DNA of 64,000 bases from an uncultured Clostridium sp. (lineage in GTDB: Bacteria; Bacillota_I; Bacilli_A; RF39; UBA660). Each line of letters opens with the position of its first letter. Within the stretch, counting starts at the first letter, position 1. Below the pieces are notes generated by a model. That model was not told the DNA's origin, ran no database searches, and saw only the letters and a list, made by a program, of their open reading frames with translations. This document shows, piece by piece, positions 47,701 through 57,758 of the stretch. The stretch lies in the NCBI GenBank assembly GCA_902493795.1, contig CABUQZ010000009.1, positions 3,329-67,328 on the forward strand, read 5' to 3'. The position numbers and the translations under genes are program-made.

Positions 47701-49155
47701 ATGATTAATAAACAAAAAGGATGTCTTGACCTATATGGAATGAATGCTAAGAAATGGCAATATGTAAACAAAGTAATCGATAGTTTAATGGAAAAGTACA
47801 ATTATAATTATATTCGTACACCTATTTTTGAATCATCTGAACTATTTCATAGAGGAATAGGAGATTCAACTGATGTTGTAACAAAAGAAACCTATGACTT
47901 TAAAGATAGAGGAGATAGAAACATTACATTACGTCCTGAAGGAACAGCAGGAATAGTAAGAAGCTACATTGAAAACAAAATGTATGGAGATCCTAATCAA
48001 CCAGTAAAACTTTACTATAATGGAACAATGTATCGTTATGAAAGACCTCAAAGTGGAAGAGATAGAGAATTCACTCAATTTGGAGTAGAAGTATTAGGAA
48101 GCGATGATCCACTTGTAGATGCAGAAGTAATATCAATTCCAGTAATGCTTTTAAAAATGTTAGGTCTAAAAGGAGTTAAAGTAAAAATTAATTCATTAGG
48201 AGATAAAGAATCACGTGAAAGATATCGCGAAGCTTTAATTGATTACTTTAAACCACATATCAACGAACTTTGTGAAGATTGTAATGAACGTCTTCTAAAA
48301 AATCCATTGAGAATTTTAGATTGTAAAGTTGATAAAGATAATGTTTTATTAAAGAATGCCCCAAAAACAGTAGATTATTTAAATGAAGAAAGTACAAAAA
48401 GATTTGTAGCAGTTCAGGAATATTTAAATGAACTTGAAATAGATTATGAAATTGATTATAGACTAGTAAGAGGATTAGACTACTATAATCACATTGTCTT
48501 TGAAATAGAAGCTTCAGTTGAAGGATTTGGGTCAAATAACGTTTTAGCAGGTGGTGGAAGATATAATGGTCTTGTTGATACACTTGATGGACCAGCTACT
48601 TCTTGTGTAGGATTTGCTTGTGGCCTTGGAAGAATTATTCAAGCGCTAGATCTTGAAGAAGTAGAACTTCCAATTGATGATAAACTTGAAGTATTTGTAA
48701 TGTATGTGTCAGAAACAGAAAAGAAATACGCTGCAAGTTTAGTTAACTACCTAAGATCAAATGGGTTTAAAACTGATACAGAGTATACTGGAAGAGGATT
48801 AAAAGCTCAGTTTAAACAAGCAGATAGATTAAAAGCTAAATTCTTAATTATCTTAAATGATGAAGACTTAAAAAATGACGAAGTAAGAATAAAAGATAAT
48901 AAAACTAAAAAAGAAGAACTAGTAGGAATTGATTACTTATTATATTTCCTAGATGAACATTTAAGTGATGAAGATTTAGGTGACTTAGAAGATTATCAAC
49001 AACACCCATATTGTGAAGATGACTGTGATTGTGACCACGATTGCGATTGTGACTGTGATGATGACTGTGACTGTGACGAAGAAGACGAGTGCAAGTGTCA
49101 TCATGAAAATCACGAATGTTGCCATGGAAACTGTCATTGTAAGGAGGAAGATTAA
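47701..49155 (+). CDS. hisS: Histidine--tRNA ligase with a 63-aa Cys/Asp/His-rich C-terminal extension
   Basis: Class II motifs LRPEGTAGIVR, YRYERPQSGRDREFTQFGVE and GGGRYNGL. Anticodon-binding domain, then the tail SDEDLGDLEDYQQHPYCEDDCDCDHDCDCDCDDDCDCDEEDECKCHHENHECCHGNCHCKEED. Confidence 0.95.
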   Translation: MINKQKGCLDLYGMNAKKWQYVNKVIDSLMEKYNYNYIRTPIFESSELFHRGIGDSTDVVTKETYDFKDRGDRNITLRPEGTAGIVRSYIENKMYGDPNQPVKLYYNGTMYRYERPQSGRDREFTQFGVEVLGSDDPLVDAEVISIPVMLLKMLGLKGVKVKINSLGDKESRERYREALIDYFKPHINELCEDCNERLLKNPLRILDCKVDKDNVLLKNAPKTVDYLNEESTKRFVAVQEYLNELEIDYEIDYRLVRGLDYYNHIVFEIEASVEGFGSNNVLAGGGRYNGLVDTLDGPATSCVGFACGLGRIIQALDLEEVELPIDDKLEVFVMYVSETEKKYAASLVNYLRSNGFKTDTEYTGRGLKAQFKQADRLKAKFLIILNDEDLKNDEVRIKDNKTKKEELVGIDYLLYFLDEHLSDEDLGDLEDYQQHPYCEDDCDCDHDCDCDCDDDCDCDEEDECKCHHENHECCHGNCHCKEED

Positions 49156-50898
49156 ATGAAAAAATATAATAATGCAGAATTTAATATAAATAATGTTGGA
49201 CAAAAAGTAGAATTATATGGATGGGTACAAAAGAAAAGAGACCTAGGTGGTCTTGTATTCATCGATTTACGTGATAGATCTGGAATAATACAGTTAATAG
49301 TAAGACCAGAAAATGAGTTTTACAGTTTAGCATCATCATTAAAAACAGAATCAGTAATCAAAGCGGTTGGAGAAATTTCTGAAAGAGAAAATAAAAACTT
49401 TAAAATTCCAACTGGAGAAATAGAAGTAATAATAGAGTCACTAGAACTTATTAACTCATCTATTGATATTCCATTTGAATTAACAGATAACACAACAGCA
49501 CTTGAAGAAACAAGATTAAAATATCGTTACCTAGATTTAAGAAGAGAAAACTTAAAAAACAATTTAATTCTTAGACATAAAGTAACAATGATTGCAAGAA
49601 ATTACTTATCAAGTAAAGGATTTATTGAAGTAGAAACTCCAATTCTTTGCGTACCAACTCCAGAAGGAGCAAGAGACTATCTAGTACCATCAAGAATAAA
49701 TCATGGACATTTCTATGCACTTCCTCAATCACCTCAAATATTTAAACAATTATTGATGATTGGAGGAATGGAAAAGTATTTCCAAATAGCAAGATGCTTT
49801 AGAGATGAAGACTTAAGAGCAGATAGACAACCAGAATTTACACAAATAGATATCGAACAAAGCTTCTCAAGTGAAGAAGAAATCTGGGATACAGTTGAAG
49901 GATTAATGAAAAAGATTTTTTCTGAATTAAAAAACGTTCATTTAGAAAAATTCCCAAGATTAACTTATAACGAATGTATCGACCGTTTCGGAAGTGATAA
50001 ACCAGATACTAGATTTGCTATGGAAATACAAGATATCACTCCAATATTTAGTAAAACATTCTTTGAAGTATTTAGTAAAATCATCGCTGATGGTGGAATA
50101 ATTAATGCAATCGTATTAAAAGGATATGCATCAACAATTTCAAGAAAAGAAATAGATAAATTAACTGAATTTGTAAAAATATATAAAGCTAAAGCCTTAT
50201 CATACTTAAAATACAACAACAATGAATTAACAGGATCAATTGCTAAAGTTTTAGATGACGAAGAGAAAAAAGCTCTAATTAACCAATTAGACCTTCAAGA
50301 AAATGATATGGTATTTGTAATAGCAGATCAAAAAAGTATTACTAAAACTGCACTAGGAGCTTTAAGAGTTAAACTAGCTCGTGAAAAGAATTTAATTGCT
50401 GAAGATAAGTATAACTTCTTATGGGTTACTGAATTTCCAATGTATGAGTACTCTGAAGAAGAACAACGCTATGTTGCAGCCCATCATCCATTTACTGCTC
50501 CAAGAGAAGAAGATATCGATAAATTATTAACTGATAAAGAAAACTGCTACTCAAGAGCATATGACCTAGTGCTTAATGGATATGAATTATTAAGCGGATC
50601 AGTTAGAATTCATGATAGTGAAACGCAATCTAAAGTATTTGAAGCAATAGGATTAAGCCCAGAAGAAGCAAAAGAAAGATTTGGTTTCTTCCTAGAAGCA
50701 TTTAAATATGGTGCACCACCTCATTGTGGAGTAGGAATAGGACTTGAAAGACTTGTAATGATTCTATGTGGAACAGATAACATAAGAGATGTAGTAGCAT
50801 TCCCTAAAACAGCTAGTGCTCAAGACTTAATGAATGAAGCTCCAGGAACTGTTACAGAAAAACAACTTAAAGAACTAGGAATAAAACTAGATAACTAA
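49156..50898 (+). CDS. aspS: Aspartate--tRNA ligase
   Basis: Motifs FRDEDLRADRQPEFTQIDIE and GIGLERLVM, with the GAD insertion domain. The start abuts the hisS stop (taaatg), and its RBS AAGGAGGA lies inside the hisS tail codons. Confidence 0.95.
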   Translation: MKKYNNAEFNINNVGQKVELYGWVQKKRDLGGLVFIDLRDRSGIIQLIVRPENEFYSLASSLKTESVIKAVGEISERENKNFKIPTGEIEVIIESLELINSSIDIPFELTDNTTALEETRLKYRYLDLRRENLKNNLILRHKVTMIARNYLSSKGFIEVETPILCVPTPEGARDYLVPSRINHGHFYALPQSPQIFKQLLMIGGMEKYFQIARCFRDEDLRADRQPEFTQIDIEQSFSSEEEIWDTVEGLMKKIFSELKNVHLEKFPRLTYNECIDRFGSDKPDTRFAMEIQDITPIFSKTFFEVFSKIIADGGIINAIVLKGYASTISRKEIDKLTEFVKIYKAKALSYLKYNNNELTGSIAKVLDDEEKKALINQLDLQENDMVFVIADQKSITKTALGALRVKLAREKNLIAEDKYNFLWVTEFPMYEYSEEEQRYVAAHHPFTAPREEDIDKLLTDKENCYSRAYDLVLNGYELLSGSVRIHDSETQSKVFEAIGLSPEEAKERFGFFLEAFKYGAPPHCGVGIGLERLVMILCGTDNIRDVVAFPKTASAQDLMNEAPGTVTEKQLKELGIKLDN

Positions 50899-51638
50899 TT
50901 AAAAAATTCTAATATAATTTTTAAAACATAAAAGGGATACTCTAAATATACAAAGTGTGTTCCTTTTTTTATTGTAATTAATCCAGAATTATGAATTTTT
51001 TTGTTCATAAGAATTCCATCTTTCAAAGGAGTAGAAGTATCAAGCTCTCCCCATATTAATAAAGTAGGACAATAAATGTATTTTAAAAAACATCTTAAAT
51101 CAGTATTAACGATATTAGAAAAAGTAAGCTTCATATCAGAACTTAAATTCTTGTAGTCACTAGAACTATATTTAGAAATCAGCTTATTTAAATATTTGTC
51201 TCTTTTCTTCTTAGGTAAAAGATAACAACACTTCTTAAAGAATTTATATCTTAAAGTTCTTAACTTCCTTTTTAAACTTTTTCTTCTAATACCAGCGCCA
51301 CCAATAATAATTAATTTATCAACAACAACTCTATAGTTACCAATTAATAAAATAGCTAATCTACATCCAAATGAATGACAAAGAATATATGGTTTTACAA
51401 TATTATGCTTTTTAATAAACTTTTTTAAATACTTTGCATAATCATAGATTGTTAAATCAGTATTAGGAAACTTACTTTTCCCAAATCCAGGATAATCAAA
51501 TATATAAATCGTAAATTTATCTTTTAAATTATCTATATAATAATCAAATGTACTTCTTGTATCTCCCCAACCTGGAAGAATTAATAATACTTTTTTGCTA
51601 TTTCCATATTTTTCATAATAAAAATTATCTTTATTCAT
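50895..51638 (-). CDS. Alpha/beta-fold hydrolase (paralogue of 16921..17655)
   Basis: Motifs LPGWG, CHSFGC and WGELDTSTP...GTHF. Aligns with the other hydrolase along its whole length. Confidence 0.75.
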   Translation of the reverse strand: MNKDNFYYEKYGNSKKVLLILPGWGDTRSTFDYYIDNLKDKFTIYIFDYPGFGKSKFPNTDLTIYDYAKYLKKFIKKHNIVKPYILCHSFGCRLAILLIGNYRVVVDKLIIIGGAGIRRKSLKRKLRTLRYKFFKKCCYLLPKKKRDKYLNKLISKYSSSDYKNLSSDMKLTFSNIVNTDLRCFLKYIYCPTLLIWGELDTSTPLKDGILMNKKIHNSGLITIKKGTHFVYLEYPFYVLKIILEFFN

Positions 51639-51743
51639 AATTCACCTATTGTAGTCTATGAAAAAGTGTCAATAATGTCATAATTAGTGTATGTTTAATT
51701 GTAAAAAAAATGGCGATATACTATAATAAAATAGGTGATAGTA

Positions 51744-53162
51744 ATGAAGAAAACAAAAATAATTTGTAGTATAGGACCAGCTAGTCAAAATGTCGATATC
51801 ATGAGCGAAATGGTTAAAAATGGAATGAATGTAGCAAGAATTAATTTCTCTCATGGAAATTATAATGAATATAATGAAATTTTAGAAGTAGTTAAAAATA
51901 CTAGGATAAAAACAGGTGATAATAATATTGCAATTTTATATGATACTAAAGGACCAGATTTTAGATGTGGTGAAATAGTAAGCGAAGGAATTGATTTAAT
52001 TCCAGGAAATGTCGTAAGAATTGTTAAAGAAAATATTGTTGGAAGTAATAATACATTTACAGTTAATCATCCTGAAGTTTTAGATAAAATTAATATTGGA
52101 AATGAGATTTTACTTGAAGATGCTTTAATGAAAATAGTAGTTATCTCAAAAGAGTTTGATGGTTTAACTTGTAGAGTATTAGAAGGTGGAAACTTAAAGT
52201 CTAAAAAAGGAATTGCAGTTCCTGGCGTTAGACTTGATCTTCCTTTTATGAGTGAAGTTGATAAAGAAGATATAAAATATGCTTGTACCCATGAAGGAGA
52301 CTTTTTAGCACTTTCTTTTGTTGAATCAAGAGAAAATATCCTTGAGGCTAAAAAGATTTTGGAAGAAAATGGAAGAAGTGATATGAAAATCATTTCTAAA
52401 GTTGAAAGTAAAGCAGGGGTAGATAATCTTGATGAGATAATTGATGAAAGTGATGGAATAATGGTAGCTCGTGGAGATTTAGGAGTTGAAATTCCTGTTG
52501 AATACTTACCAGTTATCCAAAAAGATATGATAAGAAAGTGTCGTGAAAAAGAAAAATTCGTAATAGTTGCAACAGAAATGTTAGCATCTATGTACACATC
52601 TCCTCGTCCAACAAGAGCAGAAGTTACCGATATTTCAAATGCAGTATTTGATGGGGCAGATGCAGTTATGTTAAGTGGTGAGTCAACTGTAGGTGCTCAT
52701 CCAATCGATGCTGTAAGATATATGGCAAAAATTTGTGAGCAAGCTGAAAAAAATAGTTTATATTGCACAAAGTTTGAAAGACCAAGAACCTGTGATATCA
52801 CAGAAGCAATAGCAGCAAACGTATTAATAGCATCAAAAGAGTTAGATATTAAAGCAATAGTAGTGCCTACAACTGGAGGACATAGCCCTACAGTAATTAG
52901 TAACTTAAGACCAACTACCACAATACTTGCACTATGCCCAAACGAGAAAGTTGCAAGAGGCTTATCTCTTAACTATGGAGTCTATTGCAAAGTAGTAGCA
53001 TCTGTAAAAGAAGATGATATGGATGACGCAGTAAATAGCGCAAGAAATGAAGCCATAAAAACATTTAACCTTCAAGAAAAAGACGTAATTATCATAACTG
53101 GAGGAATCCATTTTAATAAATCAATTAAACAGACAAACTTCTTAAAAATCGAGGAAATTTAA
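51744..53162 (+). CDS. pyk: Pyruvate kinase
   Basis: Motifs KIICSIGPAS, ARINFSHG, MVARGDLGVEIP and MLSGES. AGGTGA RBS before the ATG at 51744. Confidence 0.95.
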   Translation: MKKTKIICSIGPASQNVDIMSEMVKNGMNVARINFSHGNYNEYNEILEVVKNTRIKTGDNNIAILYDTKGPDFRCGEIVSEGIDLIPGNVVRIVKENIVGSNNTFTVNHPEVLDKINIGNEILLEDALMKIVVISKEFDGLTCRVLEGGNLKSKKGIAVPGVRLDLPFMSEVDKEDIKYACTHEGDFLALSFVESRENILEAKKILEENGRSDMKIISKVESKAGVDNLDEIIDESDGIMVARGDLGVEIPVEYLPVIQKDMIRKCREKEKFVIVATEMLASMYTSPRPTRAEVTDISNAVFDGADAVMLSGESTVGAHPIDAVRYMAKICEQAEKNSLYCTKFERPRTCDITEAIAANVLIASKELDIKAIVVPTTGGHSPTVISNLRPTTTILALCPNEKVARGLSLNYGVYCKVVASVKEDDMDDAVNSARNEAIKTFNLQEKDVIIITGGIHFNKSIKQTNFLKIEEI

Positions 53163-53202
53163 TAAATCCTTATAAAATAAAGGTATTAAAAAATAACTAA
53201 AA

Positions 53203-53231
53203 AATGGCACTGTAAAATAGTGTCATTTTTG
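53203..53231 (+). terminator. Rho-independent terminator of pyk
   Basis: Stem aatggcact, loop gtaaaat, stem agtgtcatt (one G-U pair), followed by ttt. Confidence 0.6.
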
Positions 53232-53260
53232 TTGCTTTTTTACTTTCGTATGTTTATAAT
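53232..53260 (+). promoter_or_regulatory. Sigma-A-type promoter of lon (TTGCTT-17-TATAAT)
   Basis: ttgctt at 53232-37, 17-nt spacer, tataat at 53255-60. Confidence 0.55.
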
Positions 53261-53294
53261 AAAAAGCATATTTTCAAGGAGGTGAGCCACAAAG

Positions 53295-55694
53295 ATGAAA
53301 AGTAATCTTCCAGTTCTTTTACTAAAAAATATGGTTTTATTTCCTTTTAACGAGATTAGAATTGAGTTCGATACGACTTTAGATAAAAAAATAATATCAT
53401 TAGCAGAATCTTGTTATGATAACAAGATATTAATAGTAAATCCCAAAGATACTTTAGAAATTAGTCCCGAAATGGATGAACTTCCAAATTTCGGAATAGT
53501 GGGTAAAATAAAAATGAAACTTGAAATGCCTAATGGTAAGACAAGGGTAATAATTTTAGGAGAACAACGTGTTAAAATATATGCATATTCAAAAGATGAG
53601 GATATGTATGAGGCTCTATTTAGCTATCTTCCAAAAGAAGAGTTATCTCCAAAAGAAGAGATGGCTTACATAAGAGCACTTAATAAACATATCGATGTTT
53701 ATGTAAAAGAAGTACCTTACATGTCTAACACGATATTATCACAAACTTCTGGAATTAATGATATCGATAAATTAACTGATATTGTGGTCCTTTATCTTCC
53801 AATTAACTATGAAAGAAAGCAAGATTATTTAAAAGAAAGCTCTTCTACAATGAGAGTTAAAATGATTCTAGATGACATTAATAGTGATATGGAGATATTA
53901 CGCCTTGAACAAAGCATCGAAGAAAGCGTAGCAGATAGTTTGGAACAATCTCAAAAAGAATTCGTTTTAAGAGAGAAAATAAAAGTAATAAAAAAAGAGC
54001 TTGGCGATGAAAATCAAAGTGAATCAGATGTCATAAGAGAAAAAATAGATTCCTTAGATTGCCCTAAAAAAGTAAAAGAAAAACTATATATTGAATTAAA
54101 CAAATATGAGTCATCTAATTCAATATCACCAGAATCTGGAATGATTAGAAATTACATTGAATGGCTACTTTCACTTCCTTGGAGTAAAACAACTGAAGAT
54201 AGAAAAGATTTAAAAAAAGTAAGAGAAATACTTGATAGCAGTCATTATGGCTTTGAAAGTGTTAAAGATAGAGTAATAGAGTATCTTGCTGTAAAACAAA
54301 ATACTAATAACTCAAGAAGTCCAATAATATGTTTTGTAGGACCACCAGGAGTAGGAAAAACAACTTTTGCTAAAAATGTAGCTAAAAGTTTAAACCGTAA
54401 AGTTGCCAAAATCTCTTTAGGTGGAGTAAACGATGAAGCTGAAATAATCGGTCATAGAAGAACATATATAGGAGCAGCTCCAGGACTTATCATTCAGGGA
54501 ATGAAAAAAGCAGGAGTAAAAAACCCAGTTTTCATAATTGATGAAATAGATAAGATGACTAAAGATATAAAAGGAGATCCTGCATCTGCTTTATTAGAAG
54601 TCCTTGATAAAGAACAAAACAAGTATTTTGTAGATCACTACATTGAAGAAGAATTTGATTTATCTAGTGTCTTGTTTATTGCAACAGCAAATTATTTAGG
54701 TCAAATACCAGAAGAGTTAAAAGATAGACTAGAAATAATCGAACTATCTTCATACACAGAATTTGAAAAACTAGATATAGCTAAAAATCATTTGATTAAA
54801 AATCAAATAGAAGAACATGGACTAAAAGAAAATGAAGTAGAGTTTTCAGATGAGACAATACTAACTCTAATTAGAAACTATACTAAAGAATCAGGAGTAA
54901 GAGAACTAGATAGATTAATAGCAACAATACTAAGAAAAATAGTTAAGAAAATAGTAGTAGATAAAGAAAAGAAAAATTATAAGATAACTTCTGAAGATTT
55001 AGAAGAATACTTAGGAATAAAAAAATATTTATATAATGAAAATCAAGAAGAAGATAGAATAGGAATAGTAAATGGTCTTGCTTACACAATTTATGGAGGA
55101 GACATTTTGCCTATTGAAACAACATTATTTAAAGGAAAAGAAGAACTTGTTTTAACTGGATCTTTAGGTGAAGTTATGCAAGAATCAGCAAAAATCGCTC
55201 TTGACTACATTAAATCAAATAATGAAATATTTGGAATTAATTTAAATAATCTAGAAGGTAAAACAATTCACATACACGTTCCTGAAGGTGCAATTCAAAA
55301 AGAAGGACCATCAGCAGGAGTAGCCCTAACAACTGCTTTAATAAGTCTATTAACAAATATGAAAGTATCTTCAAAAATTAGTATGACTGGAGAAATTACC
55401 TTAACAGGTAGAGTACTTCCAATAGGAGGTTTAAAAGAAAAAGTAATTGGAGCCTATCGTGCTATGATAAATAAGATCTTTATCCCAAGAGAAAATGAAA
55501 AAGATTTAAAAGAGATACCTGATTATATTAAAGATAAAATTGAATTTGTCCTAATAGATAATTATTTAGATATTTTTAATAATATAGGTGGAAAGAAAAA
55601 TAATACGATAAATAAAAAAGAGAGTAAAAAAAGAAAAGAAAATAAAGAAGTTAATGAGATTAAAGAAAATAAATTAAATTTAGAAATTGAATAA
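53295..55694 (+). CDS. lon: ATP-dependent Lon protease (LonA)
   Basis: LON N-domain, Walker A GPPGVGKT, and protease motifs EGPSAGVALTTALIS and GGLKEK. Confidence 0.95.
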   Translation: MKSNLPVLLLKNMVLFPFNEIRIEFDTTLDKKIISLAESCYDNKILIVNPKDTLEISPEMDELPNFGIVGKIKMKLEMPNGKTRVIILGEQRVKIYAYSKDEDMYEALFSYLPKEELSPKEEMAYIRALNKHIDVYVKEVPYMSNTILSQTSGINDIDKLTDIVVLYLPINYERKQDYLKESSSTMRVKMILDDINSDMEILRLEQSIEESVADSLEQSQKEFVLREKIKVIKKELGDENQSESDVIREKIDSLDCPKKVKEKLYIELNKYESSNSISPESGMIRNYIEWLLSLPWSKTTEDRKDLKKVREILDSSHYGFESVKDRVIEYLAVKQNTNNSRSPIICFVGPPGVGKTTFAKNVAKSLNRKVAKISLGGVNDEAEIIGHRRTYIGAAPGLIIQGMKKAGVKNPVFIIDEIDKMTKDIKGDPASALLEVLDKEQNKYFVDHYIEEEFDLSSVLFIATANYLGQIPEELKDRLEIIELSSYTEFEKLDIAKNHLIKNQIEEHGLKENEVEFSDETILTLIRNYTKESGVRELDRLIATILRKIVKKIVVDKEKKNYKITSEDLEEYLGIKKYLYNENQEEDRIGIVNGLAYTIYGGDILPIETTLFKGKEELVLTGSLGEVMQESAKIALDYIKSNNEIFGINLNNLEGKTIHIHVPEGAIQKEGPSAGVALTTALISLLTNMKVSSKISMTGEITLTGRVLPIGGLKEKVIGAYRAMINKIFIPRENEKDLKEIPDYIKDKIEFVLIDNYLDIFNNIGGKKNNTINKKESKKRKENKEVNEIKENKLNLEIE

Positions 55695-55851
55695 AAGAAT
55701 TAAAAAATATACTTTAACTAATTAAACTTAATATGGTATTTATAATTAAAACTTATAAATATCTTTTTCTTTACGTTTATTGTTCTAAAATATATTTGCT
55801 ACTTATGTAATAAATGTTATAATTAAAATATATATAATATAGAGGTGTTTT

Positions 55852-56658
55852 ATGATACAAGTTATTATTTTAGCTATTATCCAAGGAATAGCAGAATTTT
55901 TACCAATATCTTCCTCAGCACATTTAATAATCTTTAGAGATTTATTTATGCTAGGAAAAGATGTAATAACAGAAGATATGAGTTTGGCTTTTGATTTATC
56001 TCTTCACTTAGGAACAGCGCTTGCAATACTTTTATTTTTCTTTAAAGACTTTTGGAATATGTTTAAAAAAGGAATGACTAAAGGTATTAAAGATAAAGAA
56101 GGAAAACTTATGTGGTATATAATTGCTGCCACAATACCAGCTGCAATTGCAGGAGTATTATTTGAGGATGTAATCGATAAAGTAATAAGAGAACAATACT
56201 GGCTTATTGCTTTAGCCTTAATCGTAATGGGAGTAATTATCTACTTTGCTGATAAGATTATGAGTCAAACCAAATCACTTAACAGTATGAAACTAAAAGA
56301 TGCAATAGTTATTGGATTTAGCCAGTTGTTTGCTCTTATCCCAGGTTTTTCAAGAAGTGGAACAACAATTGCAGCAGCAAGAGCTTTGAAAATGAATAGA
56401 GAAGATGCAGCTAAGTTTTCATTTTACTTAGCAGAACCAGTAGTTCTAGGAGCAGTAGTACTTCAATTTATAAAAACTGATTTATCAATTATCACAGCAA
56501 ATATAGCAGTATTCGCAGTTGGGATTTTAACATCCTTTGTAATTGGATTATTATGTATTAAATTATTATTGAAATATTTAAAAAATAATGATTTCAAAAT
56601 ATTCATGTGGTATCGTTTAGTATTTGGTATAATTGTATTAATACGTATAATGCTTTAG
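55852..56658 (+). CDS. uppP: Undecaprenyl-diphosphate phosphatase
   Basis: BacA motifs GIAEFLPISSSAHL and PGFSRSGTTI. 8 TM helices. Confidence 0.9.
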   Translation: MIQVIILAIIQGIAEFLPISSSAHLIIFRDLFMLGKDVITEDMSLAFDLSLHLGTALAILLFFFKDFWNMFKKGMTKGIKDKEGKLMWYIIAATIPAAIAGVLFEDVIDKVIREQYWLIALALIVMGVIIYFADKIMSQTKSLNSMKLKDAIVIGFSQLFALIPGFSRSGTTIAAARALKMNREDAAKFSFYLAEPVVLGAVVLQFIKTDLSIITANIAVFAVGILTSFVIGLLCIKLLLKYLKNNDFKIFMWYRLVFGIIVLIRIML

Positions 56659-56681
56659 CTAATCGTTTGATTAGCTTTTTC
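56657..56681 (+). terminator. Rho-independent terminator of uppP
   Basis: Stem agctaatc, loop gttt, stem gattagct, followed by ttttt. Confidence 0.75.
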
Positions 56682-56792
56682 TATGAAAAAAAACTGATTT
56701 ATTAATCTATATCACCATAAAATACATTTTTTTTGATTTTTTTATTTGCATTTTACAAAAATAGTGCTATAATTTAAGAGCAATGTTGTTAT

Positions 56793-56868
56793 GGGGCGTT
56801 AGCTCAGTTGGTAGAGCAACTGACTCTTAATCAGTGGGTCTAGGGTTCGAATCCCTAACGCCCCACCA
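56793..56868 (+). tRNA. tRNA-Lys (anticodon CUU), CCA encoded
   Basis: Manual cloverleaf: acceptor GGGGCGT/ACGCCCC, D-arm GCTC..GAGC, anticodon arm ACTGA-CTCTTAA-TCAGT, T-arm TAGGG-TTCGAAT-CCCTA. Own promoter (ttgcat...tgctataat) upstream. Confidence 0.9.
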
Positions 56869-57008
56869 AATTGATAGTAAACTTGAGTTATTCGAGTAAT
56901 AATAAAAAAACTACTCTCAAAATTAAATTGAAAGTAGTTTTATTTTTTTTAGAAAACATACTTGTATACTTACTATGTCATTAAACAATATCTAATGGTC
57001 AATTTTTA

Positions 57009-57536
57009 TTATTTTTTTAATGTTAATTTTTTAATAGCTTCAATGACATGGTGTTCACATAAACCAGTGCAATCATCCATATTTTTAATCATTTCATCAT
57101 CTGCCGTAAAACTAGTTTTAATCAATTCTTTATTTAAAAAAATTTGCAAATCAAAAGATTCATCATCTATTACTATAAAATTCTCTATATTCTTATTTTT
57201 TAACCAGGCCTTTATTTCATTTTGTCTAATCCCATTTGCATCTTTTGGTGTCACGTCGTAAATTATAAGTCCATACTCATTGAATAATTTAATCAAAGAT
57301 GCCATTTTTTCATTAAGAGGAATGTATTTTCCACATTCCATTTTTCCAAAATATCTCCAAGAGGAACTAAGTACAATAACAGCTCCTGTTTGATCAACAA
57401 TTTTTTTTAAAAGATTTAATCTTTCTAAGTCAATTTCAATTCTTCTAACACCAGTTTCAATATATTCATTATGAATATCAATAAAAGTTTGAGATGTATT
57501 TAAAACCCCATCTATATCCAAAAATATCACTTTCAT
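57009..57536 (-). CDS. HAD-like phosphatase (polynucleotide-phosphatase-like 'HAD_SAK' type)
   Basis: N-terminal MKVIFLDIDGVLN (DxDGV motif) and VLSSSWR. Small size of about 175 aa. Confidence 0.65.
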   Translation of the reverse strand: MKVIFLDIDGVLNTSQTFIDIHNEYIETGVRRIEIDLERLNLLKKIVDQTGAVIVLSSSWRYFGKMECGKYIPLNEKMASLIKLFNEYGLIIYDVTPKDANGIRQNEIKAWLKNKNIENFIVIDDESFDLQIFLNKELIKTSFTADDEMIKNMDDCTGLCEHHVIEAIKKLTLKK

Positions 57537-57758
57537 ATTTCCACCTCATTAATAAATAGAAATTTCTATGTATATTGTATCATAACTTTTTAAATAGATT
57601 ATCTAAGAAAGTTGTTGTAGGTATTCTTTTATGAGACCATATTGATAAATAACTTGGAGATAGATGAGTCCGAGTTTTTTATATTTGAAAATGTAATAAA
57701 TGTTGATAATTTTTATAATATTTGTGCTATAATAATGTTCATTTAGGAGTGATATCAT

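Noticed and set aside
52067-52597. 176-aa antisense ORF within pyk, and other antisense or shadow ORFs within recognised genes (for example 17196..17590, 18483..18770, 18982..19185, 23097..23333, 27851..28075, 29896..30165, 35236..35502, 35932..36150, 44031..44231, 48260..48583, 48985..49203, 49965..50222, 52697..52921, 56962..57261, 58070..58264)
   Set aside because: The opposite strand carries motif-validated genes (pyk, murF, topA, arginase, hisS, aspS, HAD phosphatase and others). The antisense products show no motifs and are typical of stop-poor frames in biased-composition coding DNA.
53163-53294. CIRCE (HrcA) or CtsR operator upstream of lon
   Set aside because: There is no TTAGCACTC-N9-GAGTGCTAA inverted repeat and no GGTCAAA direct repeat. 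The only hairpin here is the pyk terminator.
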